From IMG/VR virus record IMGVR_UViG_3300046779_000331, positions 1-41,143 of that record: a stretch of 41,143 bases of DNA; one strand, written 5' to 3'. A program made the translations under genes and the position numbers. This stretch comes from a virus (taxonomy: Duplodnaviria; Caudoviricetes). Numbering within the stretch: the first letter of the stretch is position 1; every line of letters begins with the position of its first letter. The notes beneath the pieces are model-generated. The model saw only the letters and a program-made list of their open reading frames with translations. It was not told the origin of the DNA and did no database searches. Shown here piece after piece: positions 7,676 through 16,218 of this stretch.

Positions 7676-7930
7676 CTACTTACGCCTTGCTGTCTTTTTG
7701 ACTGGCTTCTTCTTGACTGCTGTCTTTTTGGCTACTGGCTTGCTATTTTTAGGTGCTGTATGCCAAGAATATTCATAGCGTGGCTCGTCATGTAGTTCTT
7801 TTAGGAACTGGTCTAGTCGCTTGCGCGACTGATGTGCTCTCCACTTTGTAGCAAGAAACTCTGATAGGTCTTTGACTGCATCAGCAACTGCTAGTCCAAT
7901 GAAGACTCCTAGTGCAATTTCTAGTACCAT
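7676..7930 (-). CDS. Membrane-anchored protein with Lys-rich C-terminal tail
   Basis: TAATG coupling to whiB gives start 7930; N-terminal hydrophobic helix; tail KPVAKKTAVKKKPVKKTARRK. Confidence 0.7.
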   Translation of the reverse strand: MVLEIALGVFIGLAVADAVKDLSEFLATKWRAHQSRKRLDQFLKELHDEPRYEYSWHTAPKNSKPVAKKTAVKKKPVKKTARRK

Positions 7931-8202
7931 TATTGTACCCACTTTTCTGTAATTAATACTGGTTCTGGTGTGATATTAAATTTTTGTTGCATTGTCCTGC
8001 GGGTTTTTTCTGATGTCCCACCCCACCAACCTAGCACCGCATGGTGTAGGGCATAGTCAAGACACTCGGTTCTGACTACGCAATTCTCACATACTCTTTT
8101 TAATAACGGCATATGAAGATATACTTTAGATACTTCATCTGTAAAGAATAGTTCTGTATCTAGTCCGTTACAGTTTGCTTCTTCTCCGAATGCGTACATC
8201 AT
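7930..8202 (-). CDS. whiB: WhiB-family Fe-S transcription regulator
   Basis: C..D.ELFF, CENC, CLDYAL, GWWGG.SE..RR; four conserved Cys. Confidence 0.93.
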   Translation of the reverse strand: MMYAFGEEANCNGLDTELFFTDEVSKVYLHMPLLKRVCENCVVRTECLDYALHHAVLGWWGGTSEKTRRTMQQKFNITPEPVLITEKWVQ

Positions 8203-8360
8203 CCTCCTGTCGAGTAAAAACCTGGTGCATTGAATTTAATCGCTGGGGAAGACCAGATGCGTTGCATAGTGCCACTACAAGTTCCACAAACTGGTGGTAT
8301 ATTTTCATTTGTTTCTATAACCTCACTACATGTCATACATTTAAAGTCATACAAAGGCAT
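8199..8360 (-). CDS. FmdB-family zinc-ribbon protein (53 aa, not in ORF track)
   Basis: MPLYDFKCMTC..CGTCSGTMQRIWSSPAIKFNAPGFYSTGG. Confidence 0.85.
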   Translation of the reverse strand: MPLYDFKCMTCSEVIETNENIPPVCGTCSGTMQRIWSSPAIKFNAPGFYSTGG

Positions 8361-8551
8361 CATTCACACCCATCTATTTCAGTAGGTGCGGTAGTTATCG
8401 TACCGCACTCTACACATTCTTGTGCTAAATCATACCAGCCAACTGCTCTGGTGTCTTGGTCCCACATTACATTGATGCGGAACATTGCGCAACCACATAT
8501 ACAGGCGAATGTAGGTTCGCCTCTAAGGTCATTCACCTGCTTCTGATTCAT
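8360..8551 (-). CDS. Small Zn-binding protein
   Basis: CICGC and CVECG motifs; TGATG coupling. Confidence 0.7.
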   Translation of the reverse strand: MNQKQVNDLRGEPTFACICGCAMFRINVMWDQDTRAVGWYDLAQECVECGTITTAPTEIDGCE

Positions 8552-8577
8552 GGATTGTCAACCATTCTAAATATGTT

Positions 8578-9234
8578 TCAATCATTGACATTTTGTTCTT
8601 CCTCTTCTGCCTCTGATTGAATACTATCTGGCTCATTATATGGTCGCCAACCACCTAGGTTTTTGACCAATGAGTTCATGGCACGCTGCACTTTCATGCG
8701 TGCGCCATCTGGCGTGCTATCCATATCCTTGGCTAGCGTTGCCCAGTCTGGTGAATCAATGCTAAATCTAAGTCGGAGGATGTTCTGTTTTGCATCTGAT
8801 AGTTTCTCAAATGCGCCCATAATATCGCTTCGAAGAGTGAGCCAGTTGTTGCCTTCCGACAAATTACCAGTTCCGAATTTGGCATTGAGGTCTTGAATAC
8901 TAACAGGGATTGAGTATGTCCCCGCAATGATTGACGGAAGAAATGCTTCCACAACAGAGGCATCATAGTAATATAAGTCTGATGTATCGTAACCAGACTT
9001 GCGTGCTTTTTCCCTCTCACAGTATTTAAGAGCAGCATTGCGTAGCGATTTGGCAATTAACTTGTCCTTATCTTTTTGCTCTAACTCTGACCATTCTTTA
9101 TACTTGCGCGGATGAGCAACGAACCAGACCCATAGTTCCTGACCGATGTCATCTAGTTCTAGCATACTATATCTGCGTGCATATTCAGATGCTAACTGCT
9201 GAACTAAATCATTATACTCTGAGATGTAATTCAT
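8578..9234 (-). CDS. Phage sigma-70/ECF-like transcription factor
   Basis: Region-2-like DDIGQELWVWF..LRNAALKY and region-4-like LSDAKQNILRLRF..LAKDM..RAMNSL. Confidence 0.75.
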   Translation of the reverse strand: MNYISEYNDLVQQLASEYARRYSMLELDDIGQELWVWFVAHPRKYKEWSELEQKDKDKLIAKSLRNAALKYCEREKARKSGYDTSDLYYYDASVVEAFLPSIIAGTYSIPVSIQDLNAKFGTGNLSEGNNWLTLRSDIMGAFEKLSDAKQNILRLRFSIDSPDWATLAKDMDSTPDGARMKVQRAMNSLVKNLGGWRPYNEPDSIQSEAEEEEQNVND

Positions 9235-9971
9235 TATGGTAGGTGTACCTCACCATTAATGATAGGCACTGCATATGGAACAACCTTCTTGTTGTTTTCT
9301 ACAAGGATGCCAATGCCTTGCTGCCAATTGGCTGTGCCTGCGGATAGGTAATCCGCCTGCTTGATGTCCATGAGATGTCCGATTTCTAAACCGAACAAGG
9401 TTGATGTCTTCCCATAGAAGCCAACTGTTTCATGTTGCAAGCCCACGCGATGCGTGTGCCCACAGACTACTGACTTTCCTAAACGCTTGGCTAATGACAA
9501 GGCTGTACTTCCAGGTGTCTGCGACAACTTGCCTTCGTCTCCGTGTGCCATTACCCAACCAGGTAGTAACTCGTGCATTCTATGTAGGTATGTAACACCT
9601 AAAGAAGAATACCCCAGTAGTTCTTCAATCTCTAGTGACTTGAGACTGCTAAACGCTGGGGCATACTTACGAATGTAAGTGTCAATGCGGTCTGTGTGAT
9701 TAGACCTTTGGATATAAAAAGGTTTTTTTCCTAATGCTTTTCTATATTCACTTATGATTTCTTTTGTGGTATCTATTCCTTGCTGCAGAGTACCTGCGTA
9801 CTCGCCAGCCATGCCGCGATTCCAACGGCTAGGTTCTGGTGCATCTAGTTCATCACCTACACACCAGAGTTCATCTGGTTTGTAGTCAGCAATGAAATCT
9901 ATGGTTGCATCTACGGCTTTGTTATCTTGATACGGAATCTGTAAGTCACTGAGGACGACGACTCTCTTCAT
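9234..9971 (-). CDS. Calcineurin-like metallophosphoesterase
   Basis: SDLQIP, GDELD, SNH, HGD, GHTHR; start placed at MKRVVVLSD. Confidence 0.88.
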   Translation of the reverse strand: MKRVVVLSDLQIPYQDNKAVDATIDFIADYKPDELWCVGDELDAPEPSRWNRGMAGEYAGTLQQGIDTTKEIISEYRKALGKKPFYIQRSNHTDRIDTYIRKYAPAFSSLKSLEIEELLGYSSLGVTYLHRMHELLPGWVMAHGDEGKLSQTPGSTALSLAKRLGKSVVCGHTHRVGLQHETVGFYGKTSTLFGLEIGHLMDIKQADYLSAGTANWQQGIGILVENNKKVVPYAVPIINGEVHLP

Positions 9972-10263
9972 ATGATTCTCCATTTGGAATGCCAGCCCAC
10001 TGATTGCGCTGAACAAGTAAACCAATTATGGCATAGTTTGCTAGGTCAATCAGGGTATCTTCGATGGATTCATAGTTCGGCGTGTCGCCGCTGTCTATCA
10101 GGTTGTTGAGCCTAGCCAGTTTGTCATACATGCGGACGCGCAGTCCGTTCATAGGACCGCCTGGTGCTCCAGCAATATTCATTGGACCATAGTCTTCATG
10201 CTTTCTAAGCAGGATTCCTAGTAGTTCTTTTGTAATACCATCTGCGTGTCTACTGTCCTTCAT
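9946..10263 (-). CDS. DUF1599 / nucleotide-modification-associated domain 1 protein (MazG-like fold)
   Basis: KHEDYG..RMYDKLARL..ESIEDTLIDLANYAII. Confidence 0.8.
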   Translation of the reverse strand: MKDSRHADGITKELLGILLRKHEDYGPMNIAGAPGGPMNGLRVRMYDKLARLNNLIDSGDTPNYESIEDTLIDLANYAIIGLLVQRNQWAGIPNGESYEESRRPQ

Positions 10264-10531
10264 TGAGTAACTCCTTTAGTTCGTAATCCATATCTTTCTT
10301 AGCCATTTGTACTACTATCTCATTGAATACTTCGTCGGTCTTATTGTACTTGGATGAAAGCATAAGGGCTGCAATCCCCGTGATGAGAAACTTGGCTTCT
10401 TCTGGGTCATCATCTATGGCTAGATATACATCATGCAAGGCATGAAGAATATTAAGATGCTTACTTTCAGATAACTGTATAATCATACTGAAATCTAAAT
10501 GGTCTGCATGCTCCCAAAAACTATCATCCAT
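10250..10531 (-). CDS. Hypothetical acidic helical protein
   Basis: Fills operon gap; start set at the ATG overlapping the primase end. Confidence 0.65.
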   Translation of the reverse strand: MDDSFWEHADHLDFSMIIQLSESKHLNILHALHDVYLAIDDDPEEAKFLITGIAALMLSSKYNKTDEVFNEIVVQMAKKDMDYELKELLNEGQ

Positions 10532-11159
10532 TGGCAATGCATTCTCGGATTCGTTCGTCAATCCACTCACTCCCTTTCTTTATCATCATAGAGTTTACAT
10601 CTTCACCGTCTGGCATGCTGATGATATTAACATTGCCAAGTTCACGGCTAATCTTCTTGCCAAACTCTAAGCCAGGGGCATCGCCGTCGGCTAGGACAAT
10701 GACTGTTTCAAAGTCATCTAAGATTTTAGCATAGTGTTTCTTCCAGTTGTTTGCTCCTGGAATACCAACTGTTGGGTGTTGTGTTTTAGTACCCATCATA
10801 ATGCAATCGAACTCACCTTCGGTTACACATATGTAACTGTCGGCAGCAAAGACTGCTTGCGTGTTAAACATAGTAGTTTCAGCACCAACTAATCCCATAT
10901 ACTTAGCATCATGTGTGCCAGTCAAGTCACGAAATCGTATATCTACCACGCCTGATGGCGTGATATATGGGATAGCAAGCCTGCCTAGATAGGGCTCATG
11001 CCCTGGAAGTGGGTCTTCTACCACTCCCAAGTGAAAGACTTTTGCCTCTTCTACCGAGAGATGACGGCTTGACAGATAGGCGCTCGCGCTTTCTATTGCT
11101 GCTGCGTATCTCTGTGTTGCCTGCAGTAAGAACTGTCTCTGCGAATTGTTTAGCCTCAC
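10524..11159 (-). CDS. dnaG: DNA primase, TOPRIM subunit
   Basis: RLAIPY, VTEGEFD, GIPGA..W, DGDAPG, DVN; GTG start with GAAGGGG RBS. Confidence 0.9.
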   Translation of the reverse strand: MRLNNSQRQFLLQATQRYAAAIESASAYLSSRHLSVEEAKVFHLGVVEDPLPGHEPYLGRLAIPYITPSGVVDIRFRDLTGTHDAKYMGLVGAETTMFNTQAVFAADSYICVTEGEFDCIMMGTKTQHPTVGIPGANNWKKHYAKILDDFETVIVLADGDAPGLEFGKKISRELGNVNIISMPDGEDVNSMMIKKGSEWIDERIRECIANG

Positions 11160-11373
11160 GAAAGTTAACCCCTTCTTTGTACATGATTAGAGAATAGACA
11201 TCGCCTTTGACTCCACAACCGTGGCAGACAAAGGCGTTCTTATCATAGTTTACTGCTGCACTTGCGTGACTATCAAGATGAAAGCAGCACTTCATCTTAC
11301 GCCAACCTGCACCAATTGCTGGTGTGTCTGCACCTATGTAGCGCAGGTATTCTTCAATGCTTGGTTTCTCCAT
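10996..11373 (-). CDS. DNA primase zinc-binding (CHC2) subunit
   Basis: CCFHLDSHASA..FVCHGCGVKGD; overlaps the TOPRIM gene by 164 nt. Confidence 0.88.
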   Translation of the reverse strand: MEKPSIEEYLRYIGADTPAIGAGWRKMKCCFHLDSHASAAVNYDKNAFVCHGCGVKGDVYSLIMYKEGVNFREAKQFAETVLTAGNTEIRSSNRKRERLSVKPSSLGRRGKSLSLGSGRRPTSRA

Positions 11374-11710
11374 TGTTTAAGGCTCTCTTTAATAGGTCTA
11401 GCCATACATAGCCAGGCATAGTGCAGTACCAATCGCCAGGACTTCCCCTACCCTTGCGCTTGTGCCACACTACGCCTGTCCATGCCCCGTCATTACTCAT
11501 TTCTATGAGCAATTCTTCTACCCACCCTGCTAAGTCCATCTTAGCATGGTTTTTGATTTCAATTGTAACTCCAGGTATACCTGAGATGTCACCTTTATCT
11601 AGAGTTGCACCAGCCAATCGCCTATCGACATACTTAAAACCATTCTCTTTTAAATACTTAACTACATCTCGCTCTGCTCCTGAGCCTTTGGCTTTGGCTG
11701 CACTACTCAT
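11354..11710 (-). CDS. Holliday junction resolvase (Hjc-like PD-(D/E)XK)
   Basis: KAKGSGAERDVVKYL..DKGDI..IEIKN. Confidence 0.82.
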   Translation of the reverse strand: MSSAAKAKGSGAERDVVKYLKENGFKYVDRRLAGATLDKGDISGIPGVTIEIKNHAKMDLAGWVEELLIEMSNDGAWTGVVWHKRKGRGSPGDWYCTMPGYVWLDLLKRALNNGETKH

Positions 11711-11850
11711 TAGTAAATCCACTCCCAGCCAGTAATAAACTTATCGTCATCTTCAAGACGACATAGTATTTCAGCGTTAAGTAATTCTATAATACTGTCT
11801 GGTTCTATACCTTCTGCTAGTGTTATAGTTAAAACAATTTTTTTACTCAT
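11710..11850 (-). CDS. Hypothetical 46-aa protein (not in ORF track)
   Basis: ATGA and TAATG overlaps with both neighbours; MSKKIVLTITL..WEWIY. Confidence 0.65.
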   Translation of the reverse strand: MSKKIVLTITLAEGIEPDSIIELLNAEILCRLEDDDKFITGWEWIY

Positions 11851-12662
11851 GCTGTCATCTCTACCTGTCTGTAGTCTCGGACTACATCTTCTAGATACAT
11901 AGAGCCAGGTTCAAATGATAACGATATGTATGTGTTACCAGTCGCATCTGCCTTGCCGTATCTATTCTTAACAGGTGCTACGCATAGGTATGCGTCTTGC
12001 CCCTGCATCATCTGACCTACAGTCAATACCATAGCAGGTATCTGGGCTACCTTACCCTGCAGGGCTGAGCGTGGCTGGCATGGATAGCCAGGTGCGCCTT
12101 CCTGAGTATGGTGTAGCACAAGTACTGCTGCGTTGGTATCTCTTGCTAGGTACTTAAGTTCTTTCATAACCTGTCTCATACCTGCAAACTCTTCATGTCC
12201 ATCAATAGCAATGTCCATAAGATTGTCTACAACTATAAGTGTAGGGCTTCTGCCCCATATAGTTTCGAATGCAGATACTTCTTCATCTAAGTCGCGAAGA
12301 GTAGGACTTGGTTCAAATGACCAATACATATTTCCATACTCACGCAAGATAGACTCTGCTGTATCTGGCTGTGTTTTAAGCATTTGTTCTGCTTGTTGTT
12401 GTGGAATGCGTGCGCGAAGCGCGAGTAATCGCATAGCCATTGTATGTGCATTAGTATCAGCAGAGAAATATAATGTTGGTTGTTTTAATCTTGCTGCGAT
12501 ATGTAATGCGATACTGGACTTGCCTGCACCTGGTGTGCCTGCAATTACAGTTACTTCTGCACGCCGTAATATCATTCCTTCTCTTGCAAAGGCTTGGAAA
12601 GGTGGCGGTAATGGTTCACCGCCTACCTCTGCCTTGCCTACGCTACGGCGTAATGTTTTCAT
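11847..12662 (-). CDS. DnaB/RecA-fold helicase (motor domain only)
   Basis: Walker A GTPGAGKS, Walker B IVVDNL, LHH, VKNRYG. Confidence 0.88.
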   Translation of the reverse strand: MKTLRRSVGKAEVGGEPLPPPFQAFAREGMILRRAEVTVIAGTPGAGKSSIALHIAARLKQPTLYFSADTNAHTMAMRLLALRARIPQQQAEQMLKTQPDTAESILREYGNMYWSFEPSPTLRDLDEEVSAFETIWGRSPTLIVVDNLMDIAIDGHEEFAGMRQVMKELKYLARDTNAAVLVLHHTQEGAPGYPCQPRSALQGKVAQIPAMVLTVGQMMQGQDAYLCVAPVKNRYGKADATGNTYISLSFEPGSMYLEDVVRDYRQVEMTA

Positions 12663-13124
12663 TTATGCCTTTGTTTGGTCTGCTACGAATGTTGCAAACT
12701 CTGGTGAGTTAGCCTTGACATACTGTGTTGTGCACTTAGTTGGGTCGCCCTGCTTTGCTGGACAGAAGTGACCCTTGTAAGGACCAAACTTACCAGTCAA
12801 ACCATGGATGCGTGTCATAGTTCCATGTGGACACATACGCTGACCGCTGCCTGCTGGTGCAGGTGTAGGTGCAACTGATTCAGAGATGATAGTTCCGCCT
12901 AGTGCGTTGGCTGCATAGCCAACTGCTGGCGAAATAGGAGTTGCTGAAGGTGCGCTAAAGTCAGTGCCACGCACTGCTTTTTCGACTTCTCCCACTGCTT
13001 CAACAATTGAAAAGATTTGTGCTGTCAATGCAGTAAATTCATCTGCGTTGTTAGCACGCAGAGTAATTTGTGTTTTGTTTGGTGTATGTAGATTGATGCT
13101 GATAGGTGCTTCTGAATGAGACAT
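12663..13124 (-). CDS. Replication/recombination-region protein with C-terminal Zn ribbon
   Basis: CPHG..GPYKGHFC..C; between exonuclease and helicase. Confidence 0.65.
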   Translation of the reverse strand: MSHSEAPISINLHTPNKTQITLRANNADEFTALTAQIFSIVEAVGEVEKAVRGTDFSAPSATPISPAVGYAANALGGTIISESVAPTPAPAGSGQRMCPHGTMTRIHGLTGKFGPYKGHFCPAKQGDPTKCTTQYVKANSPEFATFVADQTKA

Positions 13125-13897
13125 TATTCTCCTTGTATTGGTGTTGATATGTTTTTCTTGTCGCGGTGCTTTCTTACTTTCATGGCTAGTTCAATACCTT
13201 TCCAACCATGAACTAAGTCTACAAAGTGTAGAGTACATTGTCCACTACCTGCTGGTAGATGTACGATGATTCCCTTCTCTGTGTTGATGTCACCCCAGTT
13301 ACCACGGGTTGCCGTAGCAGGGTCATACGGCAAGCCGTGTGCATAAACTGCTAACTGCATAGCGATTTTGTTTGGGTAACTAATGCTGCCTGTTTTAAGG
13401 TCAGAGATAAACTTTTCGCCTTTGTATTCTACGATTCGGTCTGGTGTACCAGCAATCTTGTACTTGTCTAGCACACAAAACTGTTCGATATGAATGTTTG
13501 TAAAATGTTTTGTTGCTTCTGCATACGCTTGTATATCTGCAACATAATCATCTGGTATTGGACCAAGGTCTATACCTCTGTCTAACTTTTCTGTTAGCGT
13601 ATGGATTGCTGTTCCAATAGTAGCCTGCTTGGTAGCGCCTGCTGCTTCCATAGCATCTTCAACTAATTTATCCATCTCTAATTTATCTTCTCTTGCTGCT
13701 GTCGCAGCCAGTAATAAATCAGAGCGTAGTGTTAAACCAGTTGCAGCCATGCGCAACTTCCATGCTACTAATGCAGTGCCGTCATCTAGTGAGCCAGCAA
13801 CTGTTGTTGTTCTTGTATACGGCACTGGCTTGCCACCTTTCGGTGGCACAATCATTGGTCTGCCGTATCTATCTCTAGGTACTTCTACTTCTGCCAT
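13124..13897 (-). CDS. Cas4/RecB-like PD-(D/E)XK exonuclease
   Basis: GTAIH, IEQ, AGTPDR, DLKTG, QLAVYA; AAGGAGA RBS before ATG 13897. Confidence 0.87.
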   Translation of the reverse strand: MAEVEVPRDRYGRPMIVPPKGGKPVPYTRTTTVAGSLDDGTALVAWKLRMAATGLTLRSDLLLAATAAREDKLEMDKLVEDAMEAAGATKQATIGTAIHTLTEKLDRGIDLGPIPDDYVADIQAYAEATKHFTNIHIEQFCVLDKYKIAGTPDRIVEYKGEKFISDLKTGSISYPNKIAMQLAVYAHGLPYDPATATRGNWGDINTEKGIIVHLPAGSGQCTLHFVDLVHGWKGIELAMKVRKHRDKKNISTPIQGE

Positions 13898-13900
13898 TGT

Positions 13901-13973
13901 TCTCCTTAGATTAAGATACCAGTGGGGGTAGGACAAGGAGAGAGCCAAAAACCTACCGCCCTACTGGTTGTCC
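13901..13973 (-). promoter_or_regulatory. Leader hairpin with anti-Shine-Dalgarno in its loop
   Basis: Stem ACCAGT..GGTAGG/CCTACC..ACTGGT; loop TCTCCTT complementary to RBS AAGGAGA. Confidence 0.55.
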
Positions 13974-13994
13974 CATCATAGCATAAGGAACGGC

Positions 13995-14366
13995 TTATGC
14001 ATTGATGTCATGCCCACAATGCGGGCAAAGTTTTTCTTTCTTTTTATAGACCTGATTAATAATACTGTCACTATATTGTAGGCTATAATATATAGTACAT
14101 TTGTCACGAACATTTGCACTACGCAATATAGCACCAGACTTATGTAGTACTGACAGCACGCCACTTGCAGTGCCGTGATGTACTCCTGCTGCTTCTGCTA
14201 ATTCTTTCCAAGTTAATCCAGCAGGATTATCTTTTAATAGTGCTAACGCTTTTTGTTGGTTGTTATATTCCTTGCCAGTACGTAAGTTATACATAGCCCT
14301 TTCTCGACTTGTATTTGTCCCCGACCAGCCAGCAGTCCCATTATATGGGACGTATGCGCTACTCAT
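13995..14366 (-). CDS. Winged-HTH DNA-binding protein with C-terminal CxxC
   Basis: GLTWKELAEAAGVHHGTASGVLSVLHKSG; CPHCG. Confidence 0.75.
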   Translation of the reverse strand: MSSAYVPYNGTAGWSGTNTSRERAMYNLRTGKEYNNQQKALALLKDNPAGLTWKELAEAAGVHHGTASGVLSVLHKSGAILRSANVRDKCTIYYSLQYSDSIINQVYKKKEKLCPHCGHDINA

Positions 14367-14451
14367 TTTCAATCTCATCTAGTATTTCGTCTAATACTAT
14401 CTGGGCTGAAGCAGCCATGCGGTCTAGAGTTTCTTGCAGTTCTCTACTCAT
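14359..14451 (-). CDS. Hypothetical 30-aa acidic peptide
   Basis: ATGA overlap with upstream ORF; GAGGAG RBS. Confidence 0.5.
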   Translation of the reverse strand: MSRELQETLDRMAASAQIVLDEILDEIENE

Positions 14452-14600
14452 GGATTGTACTCCTCAAGTGGAAGCGACCATGTATCTGACCAGCCATATA
14501 CTTTGCGCTTAAGAAAAATCTTTCCGTCTGCTTGTATTTCAATTAGGAAATACTCGCCTTTATCTTGAAAGATTTGGGTAGTGACAACTGGTGTCTGCAT
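14448..14600 (-). CDS. Hypothetical 50-aa protein
   Basis: TAATG coupling; fills operon gap. Confidence 0.55.
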   Translation of the reverse strand: MQTPVVTTQIFQDKGEYFLIEIQADGKIFLKRKVYGWSDTWSLPLEEYNP

Positions 14601-15037
14601 TAGTTTTCTTCTTCTACATCATGCAGTTCGATACTATCTACATCTATATCTGCAGCATAGCAATCAACTGATAAGTTCTCTGTGACTAGACTTTCTACTT
14701 CGTCTTCGTCTTCAGCATCTAGTTCGAATGTGCCATAGATGGTGAAGTTTCCACGATACTTGGTTGTAAGTTTGCTGCTGCCGATTTGTTCGAGTAATGT
14801 ATTGACATCACCTTTGTTGCAGACTGTCTCACCGTTATCCCATTCACCTTCACTGAAGAAGTCACGGACAGCGTTACGAATCGTACGGATTTCTTTTGCC
14901 ATTGATTGGTAGGACTCTTGTACTGCATCTATTTCCTTTGTTCTTTTTAGAAAGTGCAGGACTTCTGCTTCCGTATATGTTACATCATATGGTGTGCCAG
15001 ACTCTTCATTGACACGACTGATTGTGATTGTGTTCAT
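14600..15037 (-). CDS. Hypothetical acidic protein
   Basis: GAGAGGA RBS before ATG 15037. Confidence 0.7.
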   Translation of the reverse strand: MNTITISRVNEESGTPYDVTYTEAEVLHFLKRTKEIDAVQESYQSMAKEIRTIRNAVRDFFSEGEWDNGETVCNKGDVNTLLEQIGSSKLTTKYRGNFTIYGTFELDAEDEDEVESLVTENLSVDCYAADIDVDSIELHDVEEEN

Positions 15038-15060
15038 GTTTTCCTCTCGTTGTTTTTTAG

Positions 15061-15189
15061 TGCCCCGTGTTCGCGGATGGCGGGGCAACCCATCCTAGAA
15101 GGTTAAGGAATAACCCTGCGACTGGCATAAACTACCTGCATCTTAGTGGTTTACCCACTGTACGCTGGTTCACTATGCCAAGTTTATGC
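15061..15189 (-). promoter_or_regulatory. Structured intergenic RNA: long hairpin, short hairpin and H-type pseudoknot
   Basis: TGGCATA/TATGCCA with AGTGG/CCACT; GGTTA/TAACC; GGATGG/CCATCC crossing TGCCCCG/CGGGGCA. Confidence 0.55.
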
Positions 15190-16206
15190 AAGCACTAACT
15201 CTAGTGCTTTGTTCTTGATACCGTCACTGCGTCCGCTAAGGGCGGCAACGGCAAGGCGTTCGGAGCCGCCCGATGCATGGTGGTCTGCATATTCTACAAC
15301 TGCTTGCCATGCACCAAAGGCTGTACCTCTGATGTTGGATTGTGTTTCTGATTCGTTGTATATCTGCCATGCTTTATCGCGTGCAGTTACAGCAATGGTC
15401 TGTTGTCTGCGCTCACCTTGGGTGAGTAGGTGGTATGGCTTATCTTCTACTGTAGAAGGCAACGCCCATACACGCTTGAAGTAATCACGCACTTGTCCTG
15501 CTGATACTTCACGCTTAAGTAGACCGTTTGCTGTCTGCTCATACTCTTCAATTGCTTGGTATGTAAGTTGGGTAATGTTACGAATGTCTTGCACTGACAA
15601 CTCTGAATTAGTTGTGTGCTTCATAACATAAGTGAAGTCGTTTGTCTTCTTGCCTTTAATCAACTTGTTGATTTGATTAGAGCAGAACAAACGCTCAATG
15701 ATAGGGCGAATGCGTACTGCACATGAGCCGTCATGTGATGACTGCACTAGCAGGAATGCAGCGTGTGGGTCATTGGCTACATTTACACCAAGAGGTAGTT
15801 CCATAACCATCCAGATGTTAGCACCTTTATTGTATTCACCTGCTGCTGTGTATCGTGCATCACCTGAATCTACTAGCGTATCTAATGCGCTAAATACTTC
15901 CATGTTTTGCACAATCTTGTATTTGTCACCGACTACACCAATGACTTCATTTGTATTGTCTTTGCCAAGTTTGATTACTGCTTGCTTTTTTGGAACAGGA
16001 TAGTAATCTGTTACTGACTCGAACTCGTTGACTTTATTAGAAACATATGCCTGCATATCTGCAAGCATTACATTCCAGTCAAGTCCAGCCTGTCGTGCAG
16101 CCTCTGATGCAGAGCCAGCGTTGACTGCAACGCCTGCTCTTTTCCAAGCCTGCTTGTTTAGTCTAGTCAGCGATTTGTTATTATATTCTTCCGTTACTTG
16201 CTGCAT
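15184..16206 (-). CDS. DUF932/DUF945-family phage protein
   Basis: AGLDWNV, GVVGDKYKIVQN, SHDGS, RLFCSN, GTAFGAWQAVVEYADH. Confidence 0.85.
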   Translation of the reverse strand: MQQVTEEYNNKSLTRLNKQAWKRAGVAVNAGSASEAARQAGLDWNVMLADMQAYVSNKVNEFESVTDYYPVPKKQAVIKLGKDNTNEVIGVVGDKYKIVQNMEVFSALDTLVDSGDARYTAAGEYNKGANIWMVMELPLGVNVANDPHAAFLLVQSSHDGSCAVRIRPIIERLFCSNQINKLIKGKKTNDFTYVMKHTTNSELSVQDIRNITQLTYQAIEEYEQTANGLLKREVSAGQVRDYFKRVWALPSTVEDKPYHLLTQGERRQQTIAVTARDKAWQIYNESETQSNIRGTAFGAWQAVVEYADHHASGGSERLAVAALSGRSDGIKNKALELVLA

Positions 16207-16218
16207 TGCTTTCTCCCT

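Noticed and set aside
12133-12771. 212-aa plus-strand ORF
   Set aside because: Antisense shadow of the helicase; no RBS or recognisable motif.
13124-13897. CRISPR-Cas system implied by a Cas4-like nuclease
   Set aside because: No repeat-spacer array or other cas genes; stand-alone nucleases of this type are common in actinophages.
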